Notes under the pieces: model-generated
Seen by the model: only the letters and a program-made list of their open reading frames with translations
What the model was told of the DNA's origin: nothing
Databases searched by the model: none
Source: a virus
Lineage: Duplodnaviria > Caudoviricetes
Virus record (IMG/VR): IMGVR_UViG_3300049009_000874
Coordinates: 125,230-189,229 of that record
Length of the DNA stretch: 64,000 nucleotides
Reading direction: 5' to 3' (one strand)
In this document: positions 48,409-58,183 of the stretch, piece by piece
Layout of the letters: every line of letters starts with the position of its first letter
How positions within the stretch are numbered: position 1 is the stretch's first letter
Position numbers and translations under genes: made by a program

Positions 48409-49191
48409 ATGAGATTCAAGAACTGGCTTGCGAACGAAGCTTGGGCTCCGCAAACTTCGCAGAAAAACCGACTTTCTGGCTACCTGTCGAACCCGAAGCA
48501 CTCCGTCCTGGACGTCTGGCACCATTTCACCTCTTGGAACAGGGCGCAGGACATAACCCATGAACTTGGCTTGAGCCTGCAAGACCTGCGGAACGATGAC
48601 CTGATGTACGACAACGCCGAAAAGATCGACTCCTACATGGACGAACACCCGGAACTGTGGGACCGACTGCACAGCTACGTCACGGCAAGGGAACCAAGCG
48701 AAGCCCCGACCCTAACGCACGTCAGCCCGGCGAAGCAGCTTCCCAGGAACACCTGGCTGGTCCACTTCTCCGACCATGCCCCGGACATAAGCTCCGGCGG
48801 GTTCAGGCTCGGCGAGCCAGACGTCACGAGACTCGGTATCACATGGTCTCGGAAACCAACCATGCCGGGATACAACTTCGCCTTCGTCGCCGGGTCCAGA
48901 TATTCGAGAGATGCCGCCGAGTCCAGCAAGTACGGCTCGGACGCCGTCATGTTCATGGCTCCGGCGCACCTCGTCCATCACCACGGCGACGAGGAGGATC
49001 AGGCTATATTCGACGGCGAGAGCGTCAGACCGAAGGACATCGTGCTCCTCACGAAAGACGGGGAGAACTCCTGGACGGTGAACAGCAAAAAGAGGGGCGT
49101 CCGCGACCCGTTCAGATCCGACGACTTCGAAAAGGCTGAAGCGTGGGTTATGGACAACTGGGAACAATACAAGAAAATCATCATGTCCTGA
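48409..49191 (+). CDS. Tagged protein, possible ADP-ribosyltransferase-like fold
   Basis: MRFKNWLANEA; WLVHFS....I..GGF...GYNFAF...KYG...EEDQ pattern. Confidence 0.5.
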   Translation: MRFKNWLANEAWAPQTSQKNRLSGYLSNPKHSVLDVWHHFTSWNRAQDITHELGLSLQDLRNDDLMYDNAEKIDSYMDEHPELWDRLHSYVTAREPSEAPTLTHVSPAKQLPRNTWLVHFSDHAPDISSGGFRLGEPDVTRLGITWSRKPTMPGYNFAFVAGSRYSRDAAESSKYGSDAVMFMAPAHLVHHHGDEEDQAIFDGESVRPKDIVLLTKDGENSWTVNSKKRGVRDPFRSDDFEKAEAWVMDNWEQYKKIIMS

Positions 49192-49243
49192 CGTAACTAC
49201 GGCGGAACCAAAAATTGATCCACAAACAAAAACAAGAGACAAC

Positions 49244-49759
49244 ATGAAATACAGCTTCAGGCAGTTCCAGTCCACGAGAGACGCAATCATCCAAGACGAG
49301 ACAGAGGAAGAAGCCCAAGAACCCCACAAGCAAGACTCCCCCCAGCAGCCAAACCCTACGGCGGAGTCATCGCAGGTGGTCGACGCCAACGGCGACGGCG
49401 TCGTGGACCAGGAAGACCTCTCTTCGAGCGGCGACACGAGGAAGGAACTGTCGGACCTCAAAAATGACCTCCTCGACGTCCCAAGCCCCTCCAGCGACCC
49501 CAAGGGATTCTCGGGGAGGATGCGCGAGATCGCGAACGGCGTCTTCGACATGCTGAAGAGGAAAAGGAAGAACATGAGGGAGGAGTTCATCTTCAAGGAC
49601 CTGTTCGACAAGATATACGACATCTCGAAGGCAAACGCCGAGAAGCCAGAAAGCCAGGATGCGGCGAGGGAAGGCGTCCGCTCGATCCTTAAGGACGTCG
49701 AACACCACCTCGGAAGGTTCCGCAAGGGATACTTCACCGGCAACTATTCCTACAGGTAG
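49244..49759 (+). CDS. Tagged acidic protein with EF-hand-like loop
   Basis: MKYSFRQF; DANGDGVVDQED. Confidence 0.6.
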   Translation: MKYSFRQFQSTRDAIIQDETEEEAQEPHKQDSPQQPNPTAESSQVVDANGDGVVDQEDLSSSGDTRKELSDLKNDLLDVPSPSSDPKGFSGRMREIANGVFDMLKRKRKNMREEFIFKDLFDKIYDISKANAEKPESQDAAREGVRSILKDVEHHLGRFRKGYFTGNYSYR

Positions 49760-49803
49760 ACGCATACATATGATATCATTTGGTTCAATCAAGAGGTTTC
49801 GAA

Positions 49804-50142
49804 ATGAAGACATTCAGCGAGTACATCACGTACCGAGAGGGCGACGGCGAGTCGGATTTCAGCGCGCAAAATCAAGCGGAATCGAAACTGCCCCACCGTC
49901 CAGTAGTTGCCCACAAAATATCATTAGTAGATCCATCCGCGGAAAAAACGGCAGTGTCTGTGATACAAGCTATCCGTAAACTTGACAAAAAAATTCCAAA
50001 AGAGCTCACGCCAGAACAACAAGAATTTTTGAGTTCATATAAAAGTATTTTTCCTAAAGGACTCAACATTCCTTTGAATCCTGACCAATTCAGGAGCCTC
50101 ATGAAATTTAAAAAGTCTTTTCCCGACATGTTTAAAAGTTAA
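49804..50142 (+). CDS. Small tagged protein
   Basis: MKTFSEYITYREG; GAGG RBS. Confidence 0.7.
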   Translation: MKTFSEYITYREGDGESDFSAQNQAESKLPHRPVVAHKISLVDPSAEKTAVSVIQAIRKLDKKIPKELTPEQQEFLSSYKSIFPKGLNIPLNPDQFRSLMKFKKSFPDMFKS

Positions 50143-50191
50143 AGTCATAAAGACGTCGAGTTACATCACCGCATTCAACAGACGAGGGACC

Positions 50192-50530
50192 ATGGCTCAC
50201 TACACCGAAAAAAACCCAATCAGCGAGCAAGCCTGGATGGACAGCGTTCTCAAGCAGATAAGGCTCAAGAACCCATCGAGACTCAATGAGTCGGACCACG
50301 ACGAGGTCCTGGAAAGACACAAGGGAATGTACAAGAAAGCCACGGAATTCATGGACGACGCGGAAACCCCGGACGGGAAAAAGGAAGGGGAAAGAAAGCA
50401 GCACGACGTGATCCAAAGCCTAGCGGACAGCCTGGGCGTGGACTATTTCGACGCCTACGACATGCTGGAAAAAGAAAACGACGAGGCTGGACTCACCCCG
50501 GGCTACGAACCGCCAAAACAGAAACCGTAG
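50192..50530 (+). CDS. Second-tag small protein
   Basis: MAHYTEKNPISEQAWMDSV...LNES. Confidence 0.7.
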   Translation: MAHYTEKNPISEQAWMDSVLKQIRLKNPSRLNESDHDEVLERHKGMYKKATEFMDDAETPDGKKEGERKQHDVIQSLADSLGVDYFDAYDMLEKENDEAGLTPGYEPPKQKP

Positions 50531-50537
50531 GGAAACC

Positions 50538-51479
50538 ATGAACTTTAAAAAATGGCTACTGTCTGAATCTATGGCAATCTCCGATGCTCTTCGAATCTGG
50601 CTGATCTACGAGGAACACAGGTATCCGTCCGTGGCGAAGGGACCGTTCAAGCTGTACCACGGCACCTCCACAGGCAAAAACAACGAGAACGTCGAGGAGT
50701 TCAGGCGTGGCGGAGCCAAGCCAGTCGGACGCGGTTGGGGGCAGGGCGGCGGATTCTACGCGTGGACCAGCCTGTCCCAGGCGCAGAGCCACGCCGAGGG
50801 AGCGCTGAGGGGCGGTTTCTCCACCGGCGCCGAACACGGCGGCAAACCAATGGTCGTGGTCTTACAGATTCCGGAGATCGACTTCGAGGACTGGGACATC
50901 GACTTAGAAACCCACGGCAACGACCTCATAGCGTTCGCGTCGAGGAACATAAAGAGCCTGCAGAAGCTCGGCACGATACCGATAGGCAGGAGCTTGGACT
51001 ACCTCAAGGCGGACGCGGAAAGGGGCGTCCCCGCAAACAGTGTCCAGGGCGGTCGAGACAATTGGCACTCCGTCGACTTCTCCAAGTTCGGTATTGATCA
51101 TGGCGGGAACAAACCAACAGCAATTCCACTTTTACGCGTGCCGATGCAGGTCGGAACGGACGGAGGCGATGGCGAATCCGGGGTGGTCGGGAAGACCATG
51201 GGCTACACCGACCCGAACTACACGAGACAAAGGAAGCATATCTGGGGAGACATGGGCGAGAAACCAAATTTATTGTCAAGCCCAGAAGCCCTCGAATTCG
51301 CAAGGTCATACTACACCTTCAAGGACAACTTCCCGGAGAAGCACAAGAGGCTCGAGGCTCTCTGGTTCAACAGCGAGTGGAAGAAAAATAAGACTCTGGC
51401 ACTCAAGTACACGGGGTCCAACACGCTGCCGGTAAAGGAGATATACGTGCTGGAAGGCGACAATTGGGTCGAGGCTTAG
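50538..51479 (+). CDS. Tagged ADP-ribosyltransferase-like protein
   Basis: MNFKKWLLSES; KLYHGTS...GQGGGFYAWTSLSQAQSHA. Confidence 0.65.
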   Translation: MNFKKWLLSESMAISDALRIWLIYEEHRYPSVAKGPFKLYHGTSTGKNNENVEEFRRGGAKPVGRGWGQGGGFYAWTSLSQAQSHAEGALRGGFSTGAEHGGKPMVVVLQIPEIDFEDWDIDLETHGNDLIAFASRNIKSLQKLGTIPIGRSLDYLKADAERGVPANSVQGGRDNWHSVDFSKFGIDHGGNKPTAIPLLRVPMQVGTDGGDGESGVVGKTMGYTDPNYTRQRKHIWGDMGEKPNLLSSPEALEFARSYYTFKDNFPEKHKRLEALWFNSEWKKNKTLALKYTGSNTLPVKEIYVLEGDNWVEA

Positions 51480-51501
51480 CCGTCACACAGGACATGTCTC
51501 A

Positions 51502-52029
51502 TCATAGGTCTTCGACGGAGTAAGGCTTGTAGTCCCGAAACATCTTGTAGATGCTCTCGGGCTTGACGCCGTGCAGGTTCTTCCCCCCCAAGGCGTCCGA
51601 CCACCGCCGCAGCGCCGCGTCGTTGCCAACCTTGTCCTTGAGAAGAGGCTCGATCTCCCTCCACCACTCGGAGTTCGGCTCGCGTATCTCCGTCCTGTAG
51701 CCGTGTCGGCTCGCGATGTCGAAGTAAGGTCTGGCGAGAGAAGCCTTGAGGTGGGTCTCGTCCGCCACCACAGGAGTGACACCCTTGCTGACCGCGTCCT
51801 CGACCCTTGCGTAGTTCCACCTGCGCGCGGCGCGAAGACCGATGATGCTCTCCGGCACCTCGTACTCGCCGCCGACGCCGAAGTAGTCGTCCACCGAGAA
51901 CACCTTGGACTCGTCGCCGCCGGCAAGGCGCAACGCCTCCGTGGACTTGCCGGACCCGGGGACACCGCGCATCACGTAAAGAACCCTGTCGGCTCCCTCC
52001 AGCCCCTCAAGCCACGCCTTGTACCTCAC
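51502..52029 (-). CDS. P-loop kinase (AAA_33 / polynucleotide kinase, N4BP2-like)
   Basis: LYVMRGVPGSGKST, FSVDDYF, VVADETH and NLHGV; starts MRYKAWLEGLEG. Confidence 0.85.
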   Translation of the reverse strand: MRYKAWLEGLEGADRVLYVMRGVPGSGKSTEALRLAGGDESKVFSVDDYFGVGGEYEVPESIIGLRAARRWNYARVEDAVSKGVTPVVADETHLKASLARPYFDIASRHGYRTEIREPNSEWWREIEPLLKDKVGNDAALRRWSDALGGKNLHGVKPESIYKMFRDYKPYSVEDL

Positions 52030-53189
52030 GCGCCCCCCGAGTTCAGACCCGACAGCACGCGGTCGACCCCGTCGTCCCTCGACTCCTTCCCGGCGTGGTG
52101 GTCGGGCGTGATCCTGTACCTCGTGTCGTACGGCTCCGACATGTCCCTCGCGTCGATGCCGTGGAACTTCTCCGAGCCGGCGCGGACCTTGTGGGCGGGC
52201 ACCGGCGTCGTGCTCCCGTACAGCGGTCGGTAGTGGTATATGACCTTGCCCACCGCGTTCCTCAGGGCTGCCGCTATCTCAGCCTGGATCAGCAGCGACT
52301 TGCCGCGCAGGAACTCCTCCGAAAGCTTCGATGGCTTCAGCTCAGGAGCCACGTAAGAGCCTAGCTGGTGCATCGCCCTGCCGCCCGGGAGATGCTCCCC
52401 GGCGAACCTCGCGTCGTTGGTCAGCCTCACCTTGCCCGTCATGATGTACTGGGAAACCAGCTCGTAGACCATCTCGTTCAGCGACGATATCCCCCTCTTC
52501 GAAATCGCCATCCGCGACCTCTCGTCCCTACCATCCACCTTCCACCTGTGCGAGCTCTCCCCGGACTTGTGCGGGAAGTACCGCGACGCCACCTGCATCA
52601 CGTGGAACCGGTTCCCCTCCGGCTCCTCGCCGTGGCTCTCCTTGTGCGCCGCGAATATGTCGTACAGCACCCTCATGATGCCATCCTTGTGGACCGCGTT
52701 CTCCTCCCACGTGCCCGAAGGCTTGTCGAACAGAGCGTGACCCACGTTGTGGAACAGTATCCACTTGCTCACGCCGTCGCCGGAAGACCTGTTCTTCACG
52801 AAGGTTATGTGACCGTCGCGAGACAGACCGTGCTCCCTCATGTAGCCCTCGACCGCCTCCTCGTACTTGCCGAAACGCGATTCCGAAGGGTCGAGCTCCA
52901 GGAATATGATGTTCCACTTGTAGCCACCGCCCTCCGAGCCTACGTCGAAACCCTCGGGCGTCCGACCTAGGGTCTTCCCGACCGACGAGAAATAACCGGG
53001 ATCCCTTATTTCCCTTCGGTCACGCCTGTTGAACGGCGAGTAGTAGAACGGCTTGCCCTTCTTGGGGTCGGAGTCGCGGACCCCCATCGAAGCCTCGTAG
53101 TCCGCCGGATCGTCGCTGCGGAAACTGTGACCGCCGTGCGAGAGCTGCTCCTGCAAGCCAAGCCAATCCCTGAAAGATTCCGTATTCAT
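52026..53189 (-). CDS. Tagged hypothetical protein with degenerate zincin motif
   Basis: MNTESFRDWLGLQE; WILFHNVGHALF...NEMVYEL. Confidence 0.6.
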   Translation of the reverse strand: MNTESFRDWLGLQEQLSHGGHSFRSDDPADYEASMGVRDSDPKKGKPFYYSPFNRRDRREIRDPGYFSSVGKTLGRTPEGFDVGSEGGGYKWNIIFLELDPSESRFGKYEEAVEGYMREHGLSRDGHITFVKNRSSGDGVSKWILFHNVGHALFDKPSGTWEENAVHKDGIMRVLYDIFAAHKESHGEEPEGNRFHVMQVASRYFPHKSGESSHRWKVDGRDERSRMAISKRGISSLNEMVYELVSQYIMTGKVRLTNDARFAGEHLPGGRAMHQLGSYVAPELKPSKLSEEFLRGKSLLIQAEIAAALRNAVGKVIYHYRPLYGSTTPVPAHKVRAGSEKFHGIDARDMSEPYDTRYRITPDHHAGKESRDDGVDRVLSGLNSGGA

Positions 53190-53227
53190 GAAAAACCCCT
53201 ATGATGTTGATGCCCGAAATTCAGCTG

Positions 53228-55264
53228 TCAGACCTCTCCCCGGAGGTGGCGTTTCAGCCATTCTTGGCGGGCGACTAGCAGATAGTCCTTGATCTCTTGC
53301 GTCCTTGCGTTGTCGATGTCATGCTGCTCCACTTTCGCGCCTTTCTCGCACAGGTATTTTATGAGGTCGAGATCGTTGCTGTTGCTCGTCACGTTGAATA
53401 TGGTGCTATCGGCAATCTTCCCAGGGGCTTTCCCCTTGGGCAGTTTCAGCACATCGCCTAGCTTGCCGGCGACTTCATCCCCGAGTAGGTATTTCACGAC
53501 ATCGATATGCCCGCTCACTGCCGCGACCGACACGGCGCCATCACCTATCCTCCCGCCTTTCTCCACCAGGTGCCTCACGATGTCGAGACGACCCGAGCGC
53601 GCCGCGGAGCCTATGGCGTAATTGCCTATCTTCTCGTTCCCGCCTTTCTCCACCAGGTATTCCACGACATCGAGATGCCCATTTCCCGCCGCCGTGGAAA
53701 TAACAGAATCGCCTATGCGCCCACGCTCCCCGACCAGGTATTTCACGATGTCGAGACGACCCATCTTCGCCGCGCCCTCGACAGCGTTGCCTATAGCCCT
53801 CTGCCCTCCTTGCTCGACCAGGTATTTCACGATATCGAAATGCCCCGACGTCGCTGCGAGCTCCACTCCATCGCCCATGTCCGCGCCTTTGCCCATCAGG
53901 TATTTCACGATTTCAATATTTCCATTTCTTATCGAAGTATCGAAGCCATCACCTATTTCCTCGCCCTTATCGACAAGTTCTTTCACCATTTCAAGTTCAT
54001 CGAGGTTGATCGCCTTGGTCACCTTTGAATGTTTGGTGTTGTTCCACACCTCGCCCTTTTGCTTGGGATTCAGCAACGCGTATTCCTGCTTCGACAAATC
54101 ATTTGACGTGCTGTCCCTTAGCACCCTGTTGTGCAGGTAGTAGTCTTTCAGATCCCTCTTGGCGGTTATCTTCGCGAGCTGGTGGTCGTTCACCTTCAGA
54201 CCGGTCTTCGCGTACTGCGTCATGAGCGAGGCGAAATTCTCGTAGACGTAATCGAACTGCTCGTCCGACAGGGCATGACCCCTGCCGACGTACTTTGACT
54301 TCTCGTCGGGCGACAGCGACCTGAACCAGCCAAGGTCTCCGTTGTTCTTCCCAAGCTTCGCCTGCTCCGCGTCCTCCTCCGGCGATTTCGGTATGTTCCT
54401 GAATATGCCCGCGTCGATGCCTCTCTCCCGCAAGTACCTGAAGTAAAGCTCCGGGTCCGAATCTATCCTCTTCTTCTCCGTCGGCGAAAAAGGGTCCTGC
54501 ATGGTTTTCGCAGTATGGTTGGCTCGGTCGGTCAGCTCGATCCTGTCCCGCGTCGCGTCGACCACGACTATAGCCAGGTCGTCGGTCCTCGTGCTGTCGT
54601 AAACGAAGTGGAAGGTCGACACCTTGTCGTCCCTGTAGGACTGGAACATGGTGTTAGCCGGCTGCGAGATGCAGAAACTCTCGCCTTTCCCCAGTATGAT
54701 GCATTGGTTGGCAGAGTTCGCCTTGTAGACCTTTATCTTGCCGTCCGCCGACTGCGCCATCAGCTCCTGGTCGCTCACGTCGCCCTGCACCGGCGCGTTG
54801 CGTACCCTGTCCTCGTACTTCTTGCCGTGGAGGACCTCCGTCCAGCCGAGGTGGCTCGACATGTGGGGGTTGTCCACCTTGAGGTCGTCGCCCACGGACA
54901 GAACCGGCATCTTGCTGTCATTGACCAGCTTCGCGTAGTCGGCGATGTCCGTCCTGAGCGAGTTCAGGTCCTTCACCCTCATGTCCGCGTAGTAGAAAGC
55001 CGCCAGGGCGACTATCTTCCCCTGCAGCTTCGTCGGCACCTTGGCGGGAAGAATCCCCTGGATCTGATTCAGCAACGACTCGTCTCCGCCGAGTATCTCC
55101 CTCGCTATGTCTGCCGCCTTCCTCGCCTCCGCCAGCAGCAGCCATTCCCTGAAGGAATCCATCGTGGGGAGACCGCCCCGGACCGCGTCCCTGCCCTCGC
55201 CCACCTGAACCGAAAACCCGTAAAAGCTCCTCATCGAATTGATTCTCCAGTTTGTTGCCATCAC
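53228..55264 (-). CDS. Ankyrin-repeat protein with N-terminal tag (alternative start 55162)
   Basis: About eight AAxxGHxDIVKYLVEKG repeats; MDSFREWLLLAEA; middle GKGESFCIS...FQSY domain. Confidence 0.88.
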   Translation of the reverse strand: MMATNWRINSMRSFYGFSVQVGEGRDAVRGGLPTMDSFREWLLLAEARKAADIAREILGGDESLLNQIQGILPAKVPTKLQGKIVALAAFYYADMRVKDLNSLRTDIADYAKLVNDSKMPVLSVGDDLKVDNPHMSSHLGWTEVLHGKKYEDRVRNAPVQGDVSDQELMAQSADGKIKVYKANSANQCIILGKGESFCISQPANTMFQSYRDDKVSTFHFVYDSTRTDDLAIVVVDATRDRIELTDRANHTAKTMQDPFSPTEKKRIDSDPELYFRYLRERGIDAGIFRNIPKSPEEDAEQAKLGKNNGDLGWFRSLSPDEKSKYVGRGHALSDEQFDYVYENFASLMTQYAKTGLKVNDHQLAKITAKRDLKDYYLHNRVLRDSTSNDLSKQEYALLNPKQKGEVWNNTKHSKVTKAINLDELEMVKELVDKGEEIGDGFDTSIRNGNIEIVKYLMGKGADMGDGVELAATSGHFDIVKYLVEQGGQRAIGNAVEGAAKMGRLDIVKYLVGERGRIGDSVISTAAGNGHLDVVEYLVEKGGNEKIGNYAIGSAARSGRLDIVRHLVEKGGRIGDGAVSVAAVSGHIDVVKYLLGDEVAGKLGDVLKLPKGKAPGKIADSTIFNVTSNSNDLDLIKYLCEKGAKVEQHDIDNARTQEIKDYLLVARQEWLKRHLRGEV

Positions 55265-55890
55265 ACCCCCAGCGCCTGCGGCACCGCAACCCCCAGCCTC
55301 TCCAGCTGGCGGTCCACCGCGTCCCTGATCTCGTCGGTCGGTATCGTGTGACCACCGCCAAGCAGCACCAGCTCCAGACCGTAATCCACCTCCAGCTCCA
55401 TGCTGTCCGAAGCCGGCACGCTGAGATCCCTCCTCCCGTGCACCACTATCGTGTCCCTAGGCAACGACGAGGGGTCGGCTCCGAAAACCTTCCAAGCCGG
55501 CGCGCCGAGCACGAACTTCGCCCCCGGATAACGACCAGCCACCTCCATGGCGACGGCGCCGCCCTGGCTCGTGCCCACCACCACGTCCGGCACGAACGAG
55601 CCCATCTCGCCGTCGTGCTTCCTGACGTTCGCAGCCAGGTGGTCCCCGGCGACCCTCTCTATACCCGCGTGGACACCGACTGGCAGGTGCCGCTTAACCC
55701 TGCCGAGGTACGCCGCGAAACGGCTCGTCGTCGTCCCAACCTGCTTCACCTCGTAACCCATCGCAGCCAGCTCCCGCGGTCCGACGCCGCTGCTACCCAT
55801 TCCCGTTATCCAAAGCACGCGCGGGCTCCTGCCCTCCCCCTCAAGGGAAGACTCGAGCCACGCGCGGAATCCGGACATCGTTTCAGCCAT
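55261..55890 (-). CDS. Alpha/beta-hydrolase with N-terminal tag
   Basis: VVGTSQGG nucleophile elbow, VHGRRD..VP and GGH; MSGFRAWLE. Confidence 0.85.
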   Translation of the reverse strand: MAETMSGFRAWLESSLEGEGRSPRVLWITGMGSSGVGPRELAAMGYEVKQVGTTTSRFAAYLGRVKRHLPVGVHAGIERVAGDHLAANVRKHDGEMGSFVPDVVVGTSQGGAVAMEVAGRYPGAKFVLGAPAWKVFGADPSSLPRDTIVVHGRRDLSVPASDSMELEVDYGLELVLLGGGHTIPTDEIRDAVDRQLERLGVAVPQALGV

Positions 55891-55965
55891 GAATGTAGGT
55901 ATGATTCCCTCTTCCGAAAAAACGGGAACTATGTTAACATCTCCCGCGAACCACGGAGAAGACGA

Positions 55966-56709
55966 ATGAGATACTTCCAAGGCATACCCGAAGACTTCCT
56001 CAGAAAATCTTTCGAATACGACCCGGAAAGCCCGTCTGGTCTCGTAAAATTGCGTACATTCCAAGAACAGAGAGATAAAGCCAACCATGTCTGTAAACCA
56101 AAGGGACAAACCAGGTTCTTAGCGCATATCCACATCGACGGTAAAAACCACCAGAAATCGTTCCCATTCGGCAAAAACGGCAAATCGGAACTACAAGCCG
56201 AATCGGAAGCACACGCATTCATCGAGAAAACCAAAAACGAAAACCCAGAATCCATCAAGACAGTAGGATATAAAAGAAAAGACGGATACTGGGACAATAT
56301 AGTCATGTACAACGGCAAAAGAATTAACGTCTTAGTCCACCGACTCGTCTTCTTCCTCTGTAACAAGAAGATCGACATCGAAAAAAAGAAGATCGACCAC
56401 ATAGACAACAACCGCTCCAACAACAGAAAAGAAAACCTCCAGATAGCAACATCCTCCCAGAACAGCCACAACGCGAAACTTTCGAAAAGGAACAATACAG
56501 GCACAAAGGGGCTTTCTGACTACGTAGAGAGACACTATTTCTACGCACAAGTTATGAACAAAAGGAAATCACACTACAAACTATTCCCCTACGGCAAAAC
56601 CCCGACCGAAGAACACAAGGAAAAAATCAGAGCTACTGCCGTCATCTGGCTCAGGGAAACCAGGCAACGTCTCCACGGAGAATTCGCGAACCACGGAGAT
56701 ACAGAATGA
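55966..56709 (+). CDS. HNH/AP2-like endonuclease, copy 1
   Basis: Start reassigned to MRYFQG. VHRLVF, IDHIDNNRSNNRKENL and C-terminal LHGEFANHG. Confidence 0.9.
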   Translation: MRYFQGIPEDFLRKSFEYDPESPSGLVKLRTFQEQRDKANHVCKPKGQTRFLAHIHIDGKNHQKSFPFGKNGKSELQAESEAHAFIEKTKNENPESIKTVGYKRKDGYWDNIVMYNGKRINVLVHRLVFFLCNKKIDIEKKKIDHIDNNRSNNRKENLQIATSSQNSHNAKLSKRNNTGTKGLSDYVERHYFYAQVMNKRKSHYKLFPYGKTPTEEHKEKIRATAVIWLRETRQRLHGEFANHGDTE

Positions 56710-57443
56710 GATACTTCAAAGGTATACCAGAGGACTTCCTCAGAGAGTCGTTCCAATACGACCCGGACAGCCAGTCTGGTCTCGTAAAATTGCGTTCACG
56801 CCTAGAAATTACAGAGAATGCAAGCCACATCTCTAAACAAAAAACCAGTCTCCAAGCGCGGATCACGATCGACGGGAAAAAATACCGCAAACATTTCTCT
56901 TTCGGAGCAAATGGCAAATCGGAACGACAAGCCGAATCGGAAGCACACGCATTCATCGAGAAAACCAAAAAAGAAAACCCGGAAACCATCAAGACTGCAG
57001 GCTATATAAACAAATACGGATACTGGCGTAATGGAATCAACTACAAGGGCAAAAGAATAAACTTCGCAGTCCACAGACTTGTCTTCTTCCTCTGCAACGA
57101 AAACGTCGACATCGAAAAAAAGAATATCGACCACAAGGACAACAACCCCTCCAACAACAGAAAAGAAAACCTCCGAACCGGCACAAAAGAACAAAACCAA
57201 CACAACAAGAAACTGTCGAAGAACAACACGTCAGGCACAAAGGGGCTTCATGACGACGTAAATTGGCATCGTTTCCACGCGCAGGTCAGAATCAACCGAA
57301 AAAATCACCAGAAATACTTCCCCTACGGCGAAAACCCAACCGAAGAACACAAGGAAAAAATCAGAGCAATAGCCATCATCTGGCTCAGGGAAACAAGGGA
57401 AAGACTCCACGGAGACTTTACGAACCACGGAGAAGACGAATGA
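56706..57443 (+). CDS. HNH/AP2-like endonuclease, copy 2
   Basis: Same architecture; ATGA overlap. Confidence 0.9.
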   Translation: MRYFKGIPEDFLRESFQYDPDSQSGLVKLRSRLEITENASHISKQKTSLQARITIDGKKYRKHFSFGANGKSERQAESEAHAFIEKTKKENPETIKTAGYINKYGYWRNGINYKGKRINFAVHRLVFFLCNENVDIEKKNIDHKDNNPSNNRKENLRTGTKEQNQHNKKLSKNNTSGTKGLHDDVNWHRFHAQVRINRKNHQKYFPYGENPTEEHKEKIRAIAIIWLRETRERLHGDFTNHGEDE

Positions 57444-58183
57444 GATACTTCAAAGGCGTACCGGAATACTTCCTCAGAGAAACATTCGAATACGACCCAA
57501 ACAGCCCCTCAGGTCTACTACGACTTCGCACACACTCAGAACGGAGAGAGAAAGCCAACCATGTTCGTAAACAAAAAGGAGTAAATTCCCTTCGAGCGCA
57601 GATCATGATCGACGGAAAAAAATACCAGAAATGTTTCCCCTTCGGCATGAACGGCAAATCGGAACGACAAGCCGAATCGGAAGCACATGCCTTCATCGAG
57701 AACACACAAAACGAAAACCTACAAACCATCAAGACGGCAGGACATAAAAGCACAGGCGGATACTGGGAGGCGAAAATCACGTACAACGGCAAAAGAATTA
57801 ACTTCTCAGTCCACAGACTCGTCTTCTTCTTCCACAACAATGACATAGACATAGAAGGAATGGAAATCGATCACATAGACAACAACCGCTCCAACAACAA
57901 AAAAGAAAACCTCCGAGACGGCACAAGGTCACAAAACCAACACAACAGTAAAATCAACAAGAACAACACGTCAGGCACAAAGGGGCTTCATGACGACGTA
58001 AATTGGCACCGTTTCCACGCGCAGGTCAAGTGCAATGGAAAACTCCACCAGAAATACTTCCCCTACGGAAAAACCCCGACCAAAAAACACAAAGCCAAAA
58101 TCAAAGCCATCGCCGTCAAGTGGCTCAGGAAGACAAGGGAAAAACTCCACGGAGACTTTTTCAACCACGGAGAAGACGAATGA
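57440..58183 (+). CDS. HNH/AP2-like endonuclease, copy 3
   Basis: Same architecture; ATGA overlap. Confidence 0.9.
   Translation: MRYFKGVPEYFLRETFEYDPNSPSGLLRLRTHSERREKANHVRKQKGVNSLRAQIMIDGKKYQKCFPFGMNGKSERQAESEAHAFIENTQNENLQTIKTAGHKSTGGYWEAKITYNGKRINFSVHRLVFFFHNNDIDIEGMEIDHIDNNRSNNKKENLRDGTRSQNQHNSKINKNNTSGTKGLHDDVNWHRFHAQVKCNGKLHQKYFPYGKTPTKKHKAKIKAIAVKWLRKTREKLHGDFFNHGEDE

Noticed and set aside
55252-55965. N-terminal extension of HNH copy 1 (485 aa ORF)
   Set aside because: It is antisense to the alpha/beta-hydrolase. All paralogues start at MRYF with an RBS just upstream.
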